A DNA stretch of 64,000 nucleotides. It comes from Bdellovibrionales bacterium (GTDB taxonomy: Bacteria > Bdellovibrionota > Bdellovibrionia > Bdellovibrionales > UBA1609). Position 1 is the first letter of the stretch. Each line of letters opens with the position of its first letter. Positions 39,639-49,363 of the stretch are shown piece after piece. Below the pieces are notes generated by a model. That model had not been told where the DNA came from. It saw only the letters and a program-made list of their open reading frames with translations, and ran no database searches. Position numbers and translations under genes: made by a program. The stretch is from NCBI GenBank assembly GCA_041690295.1, contig JAWLHR010000001.1:160001-224000 (forward strand), in the 5' to 3' direction.

Positions 39639-41519
39639 GTAATCGATCTTTTCTTCCTTTTGCGGGCGACCGAGGGCGTTTAACTCGCGCCGTGCTTCAC
39701 TGAACGATCCATCGGCGTCGATGGCCTTCTCAAAGGACGACGTGGCGCCCGCCACATCACCCAATTGTTTCTTCACCTGACCGACGGCCATGTAATAATA
39801 AGCGGAACGACGATCGTCGACCGGCAGCTTTTCCAATTTGCGTAAGGTCTCCTGAAGAGTCGCCTTGGGAATTCCCGTTTGCGCTTTGCACTCCGCCCAC
39901 ACTCTGATCATGAAGGCCAGGTTGGTGCTGTGCCACACCTCGGCTTCTTTGATCGCGGCAAGAGCTTCCTGGAATTGACCCCGGCGCAGATAATCCAGAC
40001 CCGAAGCCACCAACTCGGAAGACCTTTTTTGGTTTTCCAGAATTTGCGTCTTCTTCTTTTCCATCAATTCCGCACGGCCTTTTTCATCGATCATCGTATC
40101 TTTCGCGGCGCTCACCAGTTCGAAACACTTGCGGCACCAATCGCGAATTTTGGGATCGCAATCCATTGGAAGCTGATCCGGATGATTGGACTTCACATAT
40201 TGATCGAAAATCCCGGTAATCACGCCCACGGGCGCCATCGAAGGAGCGCCGAAATACTGGAAAATCTCATCGGCGTTACGATTCTCCAGTTCCCAATGCA
40301 TGCTGATGTACCGGTTCAACAGAGCGTCCATGTTTTTCGCGCGTGAAGCGTCGTCAAAGATGATTTCGCGGTTCAGAGCCAGGATGTGAATCGCGCGGTA
40401 GATGGCTAGACGCTGCTCAGAATGAGCCTCGAGCGCTTTGCCCAAGGTCTCATTACCTTTCACAACTTCCTTTAAGAAATCCAGCGAATGAAATTCCGGC
40501 CGGCTCCAGTATTTTTCCAGCTCAGCGAAATCCCTCGTGCAACGAACGGGTGAATTTTTCACTTCGGTGTAGAACTGGGACATATTGTGCTCGTTATAGA
40601 ACTCGTCGAAAGATTCAATGACCGAATCCACGATACGTTCCCGACTTACCGATAAATTCGCCGATGTATCGACCGTTTCACTTAAACTGAAATTCAGGTG
40701 CATGGAGCTGGACTGGCAAATTGTTTTAAGGTCCGCCAGACATTGCATGAGTTTGGCTTCCGCCACCGCGTGGGGACTCACCAAACCCTCTTGAATCAAA
40801 TGTTCTATGGTGAACTTTCTGTTTCCATCGCGCTGGAACTCGTCAAAGTCCTCTTGGTTGAGGAATCCGTTTGAAATCAGCGTCAGGATGGCATTCGCCT
40901 GGGAATCAGAGCTATCGACATTGACGACGTACCCGTTATTGATCGTCACGCCGAACAGTTCGCCTTGATCGTTCACGATATTCAAATGACCGCTCAGCGG
41001 CGGCTCAAGAAGAATGGCAAGCACATAGGGAAAATCCGTACCCTTGACGGACTCCAGGTATTCTATGGCCTTCGCCCGTTCGCGAATCGAATTAAAATTG
41101 CGCGTCAGGAGCATGTTGGCCGTCCAGCGCTCGGAGCCCAACGCATCCTTGAACGCCACTTTGAGAACGTTCATAAGCTCTTCGGCGCCGAAGGGCTTAA
41201 ACAGGAAATCGGCCGCGCCGGTTTTTTGAATGGCATCGGTGGAGAACGCTTTGTCTTTGAAGACGCCGCTTAAGAGCACCACGGGATTGTCGGCGAATTT
41301 GGTTTTGCGGAATTCTTTCACCAGATCAACGCCGCTCATCTTCGGCAAAAGAACATCCACCAGCGCGGCATCCACCGCCTGAAGTTTCACCACATTCAAG
41401 GCGTCCATGGGTTTGCTCGCCACCACCGGTTTCAAACCCATGCGCCTTACCACTTCACTGAGGAGCTGGCTGCTGGATTTATCATCATCGACAATTAATA
41501 CCTTGGCGGCGTTTCTCAT
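39582..41519 (-). CDS. Multidomain response regulator: REC - central domain - J-domain - TPR
   Basis: REC (VDDD, DVLLPKMSG, FKPF); NHPD flanked by J-like helices; C-terminal TPR-like helices. Confidence 0.75.
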   Translation of the reverse strand: MRNAAKVLIVDDDKSSSQLLSEVVRRMGLKPVVASKPMDALNVVKLQAVDAALVDVLLPKMSGVDLVKEFRKTKFADNPVVLLSGVFKDKAFSTDAIQKTGAADFLFKPFGAEELMNVLKVAFKDALGSERWTANMLLTRNFNSIRERAKAIEYLESVKGTDFPYVLAILLEPPLSGHLNIVNDQGELFGVTINNGYVVNVDSSDSQANAILTLISNGFLNQEDFDEFQRDGNRKFTIEHLIQEGLVSPHAVAEAKLMQCLADLKTICQSSSMHLNFSLSETVDTSANLSVSRERIVDSVIESFDEFYNEHNMSQFYTEVKNSPVRCTRDFAELEKYWSRPEFHSLDFLKEVVKGNETLGKALEAHSEQRLAIYRAIHILALNREIIFDDASRAKNMDALLNRYISMHWELENRNADEIFQYFGAPSMAPVGVITGIFDQYVKSNHPDQLPMDCDPKIRDWCRKCFELVSAAKDTMIDEKGRAELMEKKKTQILENQKRSSELVASGLDYLRRGQFQEALAAIKEAEVWHSTNLAFMIRVWAECKAQTGIPKATLQETLRKLEKLPVDDRRSAYYYMAVGQVKKQLGDVAGATSSFEKAIDADGSFSEARRELNALGRPQKEEKIDYLTADITTVISQLFRKKSD

Positions 41520-41526
41520 CGCTTCT

Positions 41527-41553
41527 TTATCGGAAGAATGACGTCACGATTGG
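41527..41553 (-). promoter_or_regulatory. Sigma28-like promoter candidate
   Basis: Minus strand CCAA-N15-TCCGATAA, 7 nt before ATG 41519. Confidence 0.45.
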
Positions 41554-41571
41554 ATGGACGAACGTCCAGAG

Positions 41572-41985
41572 CTAGCCGGCGTCGGGATTATGCTTCTTCC
41601 AGGCGTCGTTGATCTTTTTGGTCAGGGTTTCTAGGTTGAAGGGCTTCACCACGTAACCCGAGACCCCCGCACCGGCGGCCTCGATCACCGCGCCTTTTTC
41701 CGACTCAGTGGTCACCAAAACGAAGGGTAATTGTTCAAATTCTTTTTCCGCCCGAACCTGGCGAAGAAAGTCCAGGCCGCTCGGGCCCGGCATATTCAAA
41801 TCAGAAAGAACCAATCCAATGGCATGCGGGGTTTTGGCGAAAAATTTCAACTTACCCAAGGCTTCCACCGCATCCTCGGCGGTGGTGATCTTCGAAAAAC
41901 CCAATCGCTGGAGAGAATCCACCACGATGCGGCGGATGTTCAATGAATCATCGACAACCAACACGTGTGTTTCTTTGGCGAACAT
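41572..41985 (-). CDS. CheY-like single-domain response regulator
   Basis: VVDD, SDLNMP, VTTE, YVVKPF. Confidence 0.9.
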   Translation of the reverse strand: MFAKETHVLVVDDSLNIRRIVVDSLQRLGFSKITTAEDAVEALGKLKFFAKTPHAIGLVLSDLNMPGPSGLDFLRQVRAEKEFEQLPFVLVTTESEKGAVIEAAGAGVSGYVVKPFNLETLTKKINDAWKKHNPDAG

Positions 41986-42015
41986 TCCCTGCGCTCCTCA
42001 AAAAACCGGCCGGAA

Positions 42016-43923
42016 TTAGCTGGCTGCCCGGGAGGGCTGATTCAGCTGGCCGCTTGGACTCACAGCCGGCAGAAAAATCCCGATTTGAGTCCCTTCATTT
42101 ATTTTCGATTCTATATGAATAGTCCCGCCGATTTTGAGAATTTCCTCTCTCAACGCATCTAGTCCGACCCCTCGTCCAGAAAATTCCCCCACCTGATCCC
42201 TGGACGAAAATCCAGGCATGCACACATGCTGAATAATTTCTTCGTCCGATTCCTTGGAAAAATCGTTTTCGGGGAATCTGGATTTGAGCTTTTCGCGAAT
42301 GACCGCGGGGTCGATCCCTTTTCCGTCATCTTCGATGGACAGATGTATTCCATCGTTGCGTTCTTCAATTCGCACCTTGATCTGACCGGCGGGCTCTTTG
42401 CCCGCGAACTCGCGTTCCTCGGGGGCTTCCAGTCCGTGGTCGACGGCATTACGAAACGCGTGCACCATGGCTGAAAACACTTTTTGATAGGGTTCCGGAT
42501 CAATGCGGACTTCGCCACCCTCGATGATCATGGGTTTTAACTTCTTATTCAGGCGCTCCGCCACCGATTGGGAAAGACTGTCAAAATATTTGATTCGATT
42601 TTCGATCGGTTCTTTGAAGAAGAGGTCACGCCCTTTTTGCGCGACAACGTCACCGCCGGACAGTCGGCTAACTTCCGTCAAAAACAATCGGACGCCATCG
42701 GCGGTGGCCTCGATCGTTCTTGAGGCTTCCGCATTCGGCAAGCGAATGATCTCTTTGTTATCCTCGAGGAACTTCTCGAATGAATCGCGAAGTTTTATCA
42801 GTGAATTGCGGAATTCAAGATGGACCGAACTCGGCATCTCGCCGCCTTTTTTATAAGGCTCCAATATGTGTTGGCTCTCGCGGGCCATGTTGCGCAGTTC
42901 ACCCATCGAAAAAGTTCCCGCCTCACCTTCAAGCGTGTGTAGAACCCGGAAGGCTTCGTTGACCTGCTCCCCATTAAGCGGTTTCGCCGCCATTTCCAGT
43001 AATTGTTTGCAGGATTGGCGAACCGAAAAAAGGAACTGGTGAAACTGATTTTTGTTCTTCATGTATTTCACGATCATCGCGGCGTATTGCTTCTCGGATT
43101 CGAGCGCCAATTGGGCTTCGCGCTCGGTGGTTTTGTCGGTGGCGACGACCACAACATCCGAGATTTCACCTTCCTCTCGCCGGATCGGGAAATAATCGAG
43201 AACAATGTATCGCCCTTGTGAATGGGGATAGAGATTCGGGCCGAGGACTTTCAGATCATCAAACGGCAAGAACTCCTTGAACAGGCTTTCCGTCCACTTC
43301 TGAAACTGGGTTTTCTCCGCCTCTGGAATGCCCAAAACTTCGATCGCGGATTTGCCGCTCGGCAGTTTTTCGAGAATGTCTCGACAGGCTTTAGTGAAAA
43401 CCGCTCCGCAGGTTCCATCGGCGGAAAACGTGAAGAAACCCTGACCTAAAGATTCCAGAATGGCGTTCAAGGTTTGATTCACTTTGCGCAATTCAACCGT
43501 ACGCTCCTCAACCAGTTTTTCCAAGTTGCGGGCGTATTCTTCGGTCTTTTGCAATTCCGCTTTGTACTTCGCCGCCAGGGTCTCCTCGAGACTGACATCG
43601 TGTAGAAAGAAAACCCAATGCTTTCCGTCGCCCATCGGCCTCACGGTCAATTGTGTTTTACCCGTGCGACCGGCTTTGACCAGAGTGTAGGCGGTCTCAA
43701 TCAGCGGCGACGGAGAGGTGCGGCCGTGCGAATTCTCGTCAAACGGCAAAAGTCCGGACTCATCGAAGTTGATGACATCCATCAATTTGACTTTGCCCGC
43801 CATTCGCCGCACGGACGATTGGCAAAAGGTGGCCGCCATTTCGTTGCAATAAACGACCTTGCCATCGCCATCGACGATGAAAACGGAATCCAAAAGATAA
43901 TCAAAAACCGCGAAATCAACCAT
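42016..43923 (-). CDS. CheA-like kinase (PAS - coiled coil - PAS - Hpt - HATPase) lacking a CheW domain
   Basis: FRVLHTLEG (Hpt His), HAFRNAVDHG, DDGKGID, PGFSS, SGRGVGLD; ends shortly after the ATPase domain. Confidence 0.85.
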   Translation of the reverse strand: MVDFAVFDYLLDSVFIVDGDGKVVYCNEMAATFCQSSVRRMAGKVKLMDVINFDESGLLPFDENSHGRTSPSPLIETAYTLVKAGRTGKTQLTVRPMGDGKHWVFFLHDVSLEETLAAKYKAELQKTEEYARNLEKLVEERTVELRKVNQTLNAILESLGQGFFTFSADGTCGAVFTKACRDILEKLPSGKSAIEVLGIPEAEKTQFQKWTESLFKEFLPFDDLKVLGPNLYPHSQGRYIVLDYFPIRREEGEISDVVVVATDKTTEREAQLALESEKQYAAMIVKYMKNKNQFHQFLFSVRQSCKQLLEMAAKPLNGEQVNEAFRVLHTLEGEAGTFSMGELRNMARESQHILEPYKKGGEMPSSVHLEFRNSLIKLRDSFEKFLEDNKEIIRLPNAEASRTIEATADGVRLFLTEVSRLSGGDVVAQKGRDLFFKEPIENRIKYFDSLSQSVAERLNKKLKPMIIEGGEVRIDPEPYQKVFSAMVHAFRNAVDHGLEAPEEREFAGKEPAGQIKVRIEERNDGIHLSIEDDGKGIDPAVIREKLKSRFPENDFSKESDEEIIQHVCMPGFSSRDQVGEFSGRGVGLDALREEILKIGGTIHIESKINEGTQIGIFLPAVSPSGQLNQPSRAAS

Positions 43924-44389
43924 TCTTCAAAAATTTAAAATATTTTGCCTCGATAACATCCATTTCCATTGGCTCACCGGACTCGTCCTTCACTTCGGGC
44001 GGAGCGTGGACTTCCCCATCCTTGAACTGCTTGCCATGCTCAAACAAAACCATTTTTTCGTTACCCGTGGCGTCTGAGTAATACGGGACATAAAAGCTTT
44101 CGACGCGCGCATTGGCCGGCAGAAAACCCGCCACCATGTTGATCTGATCAACAACGATTTTCGGACAACGGCGCAAACTCAGCTGCGCATTTCCAGGCAA
44201 GGCCTTGATCCACTTGATCCATTCGCGAATGCCCACGGAGTTAATGGCGGTGACACCGTCCAAATCCAAAACAACAGCGGCGGCGGAGCCGGTATCCGGC
44301 GGGGTGAAGGCGGCGTCCTCATCGATATTGCCCTTGAGTTCCAGCACCACTTGCGAACCTTCGGTTTTTTTAGTGATTGATAGACTCAT
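43916..44389 (-). CDS. STAS (anti-anti-sigma-like) domain protein
   Basis: LKGNIDE, VVLDLDGVTAINSVG with a Ser at the STAS phosphosite position. Confidence 0.7.
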   Translation of the reverse strand: MSLSITKKTEGSQVVLELKGNIDEDAAFTPPDTGSAAAVVLDLDGVTAINSVGIREWIKWIKALPGNAQLSLRRCPKIVVDQINMVAGFLPANARVESFYVPYYSDATGNEKMVLFEHGKQFKDGEVHAPPEVKDESGEPMEMDVIEAKYFKFLKNG

Positions 44390-44399
44390 TGCTCCTCCC

Positions 44400-45242
44400 T
44401 CATCGCTGAATCACGTGTAAATGTTTGGAAAGTTGAATTCGTTTCTTATAACTCATTCGAATGGGTATCGTACAACACAGCAGCGTCACCCGTCCCGACT
44501 TAACGCCGAAGTACAAACTGGAACCGGCATTAAAGATGATAAAACTGCCAAGACCGGCGCCACCGGAACCGAAATTCATCGCCGCCGCGGCCCCCTTCAG
44601 GTACGTCGCGCGTATTTTGTTAAGATAATGGTTTAAGTTCAAACTGCCGTAGGGATCTTCACAACCGACCACCAGTTCCTGATCATTGTGACCTAAAATG
44701 AAGCGGCCGAATTTACCGTCGGTCAGCTTAATGTCGTTGTTCAAGCGGTCCAGCCCGGGATTGGTATTGGTCGCCCGATCAATAAAAGGCGCGTTGAAGA
44801 TCGCGTTGGTTATGAATTCATCGGCGACGGCGCAGGCATCTTCGATTAATGTTTGTGAGATTCCCACGGACTTCAAATAGTTAGTCAGGTCATCGAGATG
44901 CTTCCGTTTTTGGTCAGACGAATCAAACCGCTGGTCCAAACGCGTTAACTGCTTTTCCTGCTCGGAATTGACGAGATCGGGCGTCAGGATATTTGAAACC
45001 GGATGGATGAAAAATGATTCCGGATCCAGAATCAAATTCTCCGCGCTCTGCAGTTCTTTATCGAAACCAAAACCGTCTTTTTGGCAAAGATGTTGAAACC
45101 CCAGCTCCGTGGCGAATCGCAAAAGTTCCTGCGGGGCCAGCCCGGAGGACAGACCAATCGACATCGGGTCGCCGGGGATGCTCATTCCCTCTTTCAACTC
45201 CACATGCTTCGATTGATAGGAAAGCTTGTGAACTCCGCTCAT
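44400..45242 (-). CDS. RsbW/SpoIIAB-like GHKL ATPase / Ser kinase
   Basis: DEFITNAI N-box, EDPYG, GAGLG G-box. Confidence 0.6.
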   Translation of the reverse strand: MSGVHKLSYQSKHVELKEGMSIPGDPMSIGLSSGLAPQELLRFATELGFQHLCQKDGFGFDKELQSAENLILDPESFFIHPVSNILTPDLVNSEQEKQLTRLDQRFDSSDQKRKHLDDLTNYLKSVGISQTLIEDACAVADEFITNAIFNAPFIDRATNTNPGLDRLNNDIKLTDGKFGRFILGHNDQELVVGCEDPYGSLNLNHYLNKIRATYLKGAAAAMNFGSGGAGLGSFIIFNAGSSLYFGVKSGRVTLLCCTIPIRMSYKKRIQLSKHLHVIQR

Positions 45243-47074
45243 GCCGCCCTTTCTTGATATTCGCAGATCACCATGGTGACGTCGTCGATTAACTGGGCGC
45301 CCCCGCGAAATTGTTCAATCTCCTTGCAAATCCCGCCGAGCTTCGCATTCAATTCAGGTTCCGTATTCACTTTGTCCATTAAAGTCTTAAGGAAAGTGCG
45401 CTCGCCCCATTTCTTGCCATTGGGGTCCTGCACATCCAGGATGCCATCGGTGTAGAAGAAGATAATGTCGCCGGACTGAAACTCGACTTCGGTTTCTTCG
45501 TAGATATGATCCTTCTTCTCGCCCAAACGGGGTCCATTCACGTCATTCAACGGGCGTAAATCTTTTTTCGTGATTTTACCGCCCGATTTTCGCATGAGAT
45601 AGGGCGGGTCATGGCTCGCACTGGCGTAAGAGAAACGCCTGTTTTCCAAATCAATGCAGGCGATGAAAAAGGTCATCATAATTTGACCTTTCGAGGTCTG
45701 GTGAATCGCCCGGTTTAAAATGGAAAGGGCCGAGCCCGGGGTAATATCAGGTAAACACTCGATCACCGCTGAGGCCGAGCGCGCGGCACTGGTGATCAAT
45801 GCGGCGGGCGCGCCGTGGCCCGTGGCATCGCCGATCCAGATAAACACCTTGTTACCCACGCGCGAGTAACTCCACCAATCGCCGCCACATTCACTGGCCG
45901 GTTCAAAATGGCCGGCGATGGAAACCGGACCGAATTGCGATTGCGAAGGCGGAAAAAGAGTTTCCTGCACGGTCTTAACCGTGGAAAGTTCGCTTTCCAT
46001 GCGGGCCTTTTCCGCCGTCTCGTTCAATAAACGCGAAACCTCGGCCGCCATCCAATTGAAGCTTTCAGCCAATCCACCGACTTCGTCCGTGGACTTGGGT
46101 TTGACCTGAATATTGAAATCCCCTTGGGCGACCTTGCGTGTGGCTTCGAAGAGCTCCCGAATCGTGGATGTGAGCTGACTGGATGCAAAGACACTGATCA
46201 ACAATGTGGATGCTCCCAGCGCGATAAAGAACAAAATGGACTTGGCGATGAGGACCTGCACCGCTTTCAAAGCTTTGGATTTATCGACCCGTGAGATCAC
46301 ACGGAGATCACCCATGCCCACGCTGGCGAAAGAGATCAGGTAAATCGAGCCGTCGGATAACGCCATCTCCGACGTGCCCTCATTGGCGGTGTTTTGCAAA
46401 AGGGGCTGCAAAAGCTCGAGGTCGGTCGCGATCACGTCCATGGAGCCCACCGCGACGTCCCCCGCGGGACTGGCGACGAAACTTGAATAGGAACCGGAGC
46501 CTTGAAAGGCGTTGATCAAATCATCCGACTGGTAGAGGCCGAGCGCGATCAGATGATTTTCCTCGGTTTTTTCACCGAAGCGAAAACCAACGACCAAAAC
46601 CGAGGGCGAGTTGGGCAGTTCGCGAACAACCACGGTCCGCTCGGCGGTTTGCTCGCGAAGCTGATCGATCTGTGTGGTGTCGTCCAAAAACTTCGTCGCG
46701 AATTCCGCTTCTTTGCCGATCTGGGCGATCTTACGATAACTTCCATCCGCCTGGCGACGAATCAGAACAAGGGCATGCATGCGGGCATTATTCTGGAACA
46801 TGTTCTTGCCCGTGGGCGAGAAATCCCCGGAATCAATATCGAAATGTTCAGCGACGCCGCGGAATCCCGAGTAGACATTCTGAAGCTCCATGCGCGTCTG
46901 CGTCGCCAATGCTCGTGAAACTGTGGCGCTGGAATCAAAGACGTACGCGATTTTGTCTTGCTGAAAAAGGTCCGTCGCCATCACCAGGTAAAGACTCAGC
47001 GTAATGAGCGGCAACGATACAAGCAGCAATAGAAGTTTAAATCGCAATGAAAGACGCAGCTTGAAATGTTTCAT
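45239..47074 (-). CDS. Membrane PP2C (SpoIIE/RsbU) phosphatase with periplasmic sensor and HAMP domain
   Basis: Two TMs, DEVGGLAESFNWM HAMP, GGDWW, GDATGHG, YTDG, DDVT. Confidence 0.92.
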   Translation of the reverse strand: MKHFKLRLSLRFKLLLLLVSLPLITLSLYLVMATDLFQQDKIAYVFDSSATVSRALATQTRMELQNVYSGFRGVAEHFDIDSGDFSPTGKNMFQNNARMHALVLIRRQADGSYRKIAQIGKEAEFATKFLDDTTQIDQLREQTAERTVVVRELPNSPSVLVVGFRFGEKTEENHLIALGLYQSDDLINAFQGSGSYSSFVASPAGDVAVGSMDVIATDLELLQPLLQNTANEGTSEMALSDGSIYLISFASVGMGDLRVISRVDKSKALKAVQVLIAKSILFFIALGASTLLISVFASSQLTSTIRELFEATRKVAQGDFNIQVKPKSTDEVGGLAESFNWMAAEVSRLLNETAEKARMESELSTVKTVQETLFPPSQSQFGPVSIAGHFEPASECGGDWWSYSRVGNKVFIWIGDATGHGAPAALITSAARSASAVIECLPDITPGSALSILNRAIHQTSKGQIMMTFFIACIDLENRRFSYASASHDPPYLMRKSGGKITKKDLRPLNDVNGPRLGEKKDHIYEETEVEFQSGDIIFFYTDGILDVQDPNGKKWGERTFLKTLMDKVNTEPELNAKLGGICKEIEQFRGGAQLIDDVTMVICEYQERAA

Positions 47075-47083
47075 CTACTGGAA

Positions 47084-47110
47084 ATATCGGCCAGTAACGA
47101 ACAGGATTAC
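47084..47110 (-). promoter_or_regulatory. Sigma28-like promoter candidate
   Basis: Minus strand GTAA-N15-GCCGATAT, 9 nt before ATG 47074; the -10 element is bracketed by the inverted repeat TACTGG/CCAGTA (47076-47096). Confidence 0.5.
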
Positions 47111-47159
47111 AGGTATTTAAGTCGGATTTTTGTTTAAATTTGCGACATTTAGACGATGG

Positions 47160-48260
47160 TCAGGAGAACCTCACACGCCCTGAAACCATCAGGTCGTTTT
47201 CGAACTTCCGGACTGAAATCCTATCCAATCGCGGCACCTCGGCGAGCGATTGAAAATTCAAACCATCCGTCCAAGCCAGACCTTCCCCTAAAATTTTGCC
47301 GCCGAAAAAGAGAAACAGACGATCCACCAGCCGTGCTTCGAGGAACCGGGCCACCGTATAACCACCCGCCTCGACAAAAACCGACCAAATTTCCCGCTCG
47401 GCCAAAGTCTTAAGCAGGATCGTTAAATCAAACCTTTGATTGGAAAGCGGAACCTCGACCTTTTCACCAAAATCGATCCGTCCTCCACGCCCTTCGGGCA
47501 CGATCACGAGGACATCTTCCGATGAGCGCACCATCGCCAGATTACGGCCCTTCAGCGAGTCCAATGAGCCATCGTGATCAAGGATCACCAGCCGTTGGCG
47601 CTTTTCCCGAAACGCCTCGTCCCGGGCGTCAAGGCGGGGATCATCCAGTAAGATGGTTTTACTTCCGGTCAGAACGGCATCGTAACATCCCCGCAAATAA
47701 TGAACGTGACTCCGTGATGTTTCACCGGTGATCCATTGGCTTTGACCATTGGCCAACGCGATTTTGCCGTCCATTGAGGAGGCCACCTTCAAAGCCACGA
47801 AGGGCCGTCTCTCTTGCTGGTTCAATAAAAAAACTTCGGCCAGCTCTTCTAATTCCTCTTGCAAACCGGAAAACGGTTCGACGCGAATACCGGCGGAGCG
47901 AAGGATCTCCGCCCCCAAGCCGTTCACCTTGGGGTTGGGATCGCGCAAACCATAAATCACCGAGGCTAGTGGAAGTTTCGCCAGAGTCTTCGCGCAAGAC
48001 GGTGTCCGACCTTCGTGGGCGCAAGGTTCAAGCGTGACGAAAAGTTGAGCGCCCTTTAACTTTTCCTGATCTTTCACCTGGTTCAATGCATTCACTTCGG
48101 CGTGGGGACCACCGACACGGGCGTGAAATCCTTTGGCGAGTAGTTCATTATTTTTGTCCAGAATCACGCAACCCACGGCGGGATTCGGCGACACGAATCC
48201 GAATCCCTTTCTCCCCTCTTCGATGGCGAGCCGCATGGCTTGCTCCGGGGTGAGGGCCAC
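47160..48260 (-). CDS. ribD: Bifunctional riboflavin deaminase/reductase
   Basis: PNPAVG, HAE, TLEPC..GRTPSC, SQWITG, VEAG; GTG 48260 overlapping the hmgA stop preferred over TTG 48281. Confidence 0.95.
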   Translation of the reverse strand: MALTPEQAMRLAIEEGRKGFGFVSPNPAVGCVILDKNNELLAKGFHARVGGPHAEVNALNQVKDQEKLKGAQLFVTLEPCAHEGRTPSCAKTLAKLPLASVIYGLRDPNPKVNGLGAEILRSAGIRVEPFSGLQEELEELAEVFLLNQQERRPFVALKVASSMDGKIALANGQSQWITGETSRSHVHYLRGCYDAVLTGSKTILLDDPRLDARDEAFREKRQRLVILDHDGSLDSLKGRNLAMVRSSEDVLVIVPEGRGGRIDFGEKVEVPLSNQRFDLTILLKTLAEREIWSVFVEAGGYTVARFLEARLVDRLFLFFGGKILGEGLAWTDGLNFQSLAEVPRLDRISVRKFENDLMVSGRVRFS

Positions 48261-49363
48261 TACGTTCTCCAGGATTTCCAATAATCCTTGAATTCCACGC
48301 TTTCGAGCGAAGGATCAATCAGCAAGGGCCAACGAGAATCCACCATGACAGCGGTTTCGTTGGTTTCCGTTTTTTGATCGATGGTCTTCACCGCTTTGGG
48401 GTGGGGACCGTGAGGAAATCCCATGGGATGAAGACTCATCATGCCCGCGTGCAAATTGTCGCGCGAGAAGAAGTCACCCTCGTGATAAAACAGGACTTCG
48501 TCATAATCGATGTTTTGATGGTAAAACGGCACCTTCAAGGCGTCCTTGTCTTTCTCCAACGGCCGAGGGAGAAAGGTGCAGACAACGAACTCACGGGCCA
48601 CGAATGTCGTGTGCGCACTGGGCGGCAAGTGCGCCCGGTGACTCATCAAAGGCATCATGTTTTCCGTGTGCAAGGTGAAGGGGTAAAGATCCCCTTTCCA
48701 GCCTAACGTATCGTAATAATGTCCGTCGTATTCAAAACGAGTGACTTCATCGAGCCGCTTGACCAGGATTTCCCGCACGTCGCCATTAAGTTCGGTCACG
48801 CGCTGATTTTGCATTTCCAAATCCGGCTTGCCCAACGCCGCGCTATCATAAATGGCGTGACGGCCGACCAGACCGCGTTCCGGTTCCTCGTAATGGCTGG
48901 AACGGTTCTCCACCACGAAGAACATGCTTTTTTCCGCGGGCACTATGGAATGAGTCACGCACTTGGGAACAAGGATGTATTCGCCTTTACGGTAGTTCAG
49001 TAATCCATATTCGGTCCAAATTTCACCGGCGCCGCGATGGCAGAAGTAAAGCAGATCGCCATCCCCGTTGCGGAAACCTCGCCGCGCGCACTCAGGCCCG
49101 GGATTCACGAAGTGGAGTGAGATGACCAGATGCTGGTTGTACAAGAGGCGCTGCCAACCTTCCCGCTCTTTCATGGCCACCAGATCGTACATTCGGGGTT
49201 TTAGCGGCCCGTCGATTTTCGTCCAACGCGTGCTCGGTTGGCGTTTGATCAGGTGTGAAGCGGGACCGAAGAAACCTTTGAGCCCCTGCTCTTCTTCATA
49301 GCATCCGTCGGGAATTCCCTTGTGCGCCTGTTTTGTAAACAGCCCTTGGTAATACAAATGCAT
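48260..49363 (-). CDS. hmgA: Homogentisate 1,2-dioxygenase
   Basis: RNGDGD, GWKGD, HLPPSAH, PFYHQNIDYDE, HGPHP. Confidence 0.92.
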   Translation of the reverse strand: MHLYYQGLFTKQAHKGIPDGCYEEEQGLKGFFGPASHLIKRQPSTRWTKIDGPLKPRMYDLVAMKEREGWQRLLYNQHLVISLHFVNPGPECARRGFRNGDGDLLYFCHRGAGEIWTEYGLLNYRKGEYILVPKCVTHSIVPAEKSMFFVVENRSSHYEEPERGLVGRHAIYDSAALGKPDLEMQNQRVTELNGDVREILVKRLDEVTRFEYDGHYYDTLGWKGDLYPFTLHTENMMPLMSHRAHLPPSAHTTFVAREFVVCTFLPRPLEKDKDALKVPFYHQNIDYDEVLFYHEGDFFSRDNLHAGMMSLHPMGFPHGPHPKAVKTIDQKTETNETAVMVDSRWPLLIDPSLESVEFKDYWKSWRT

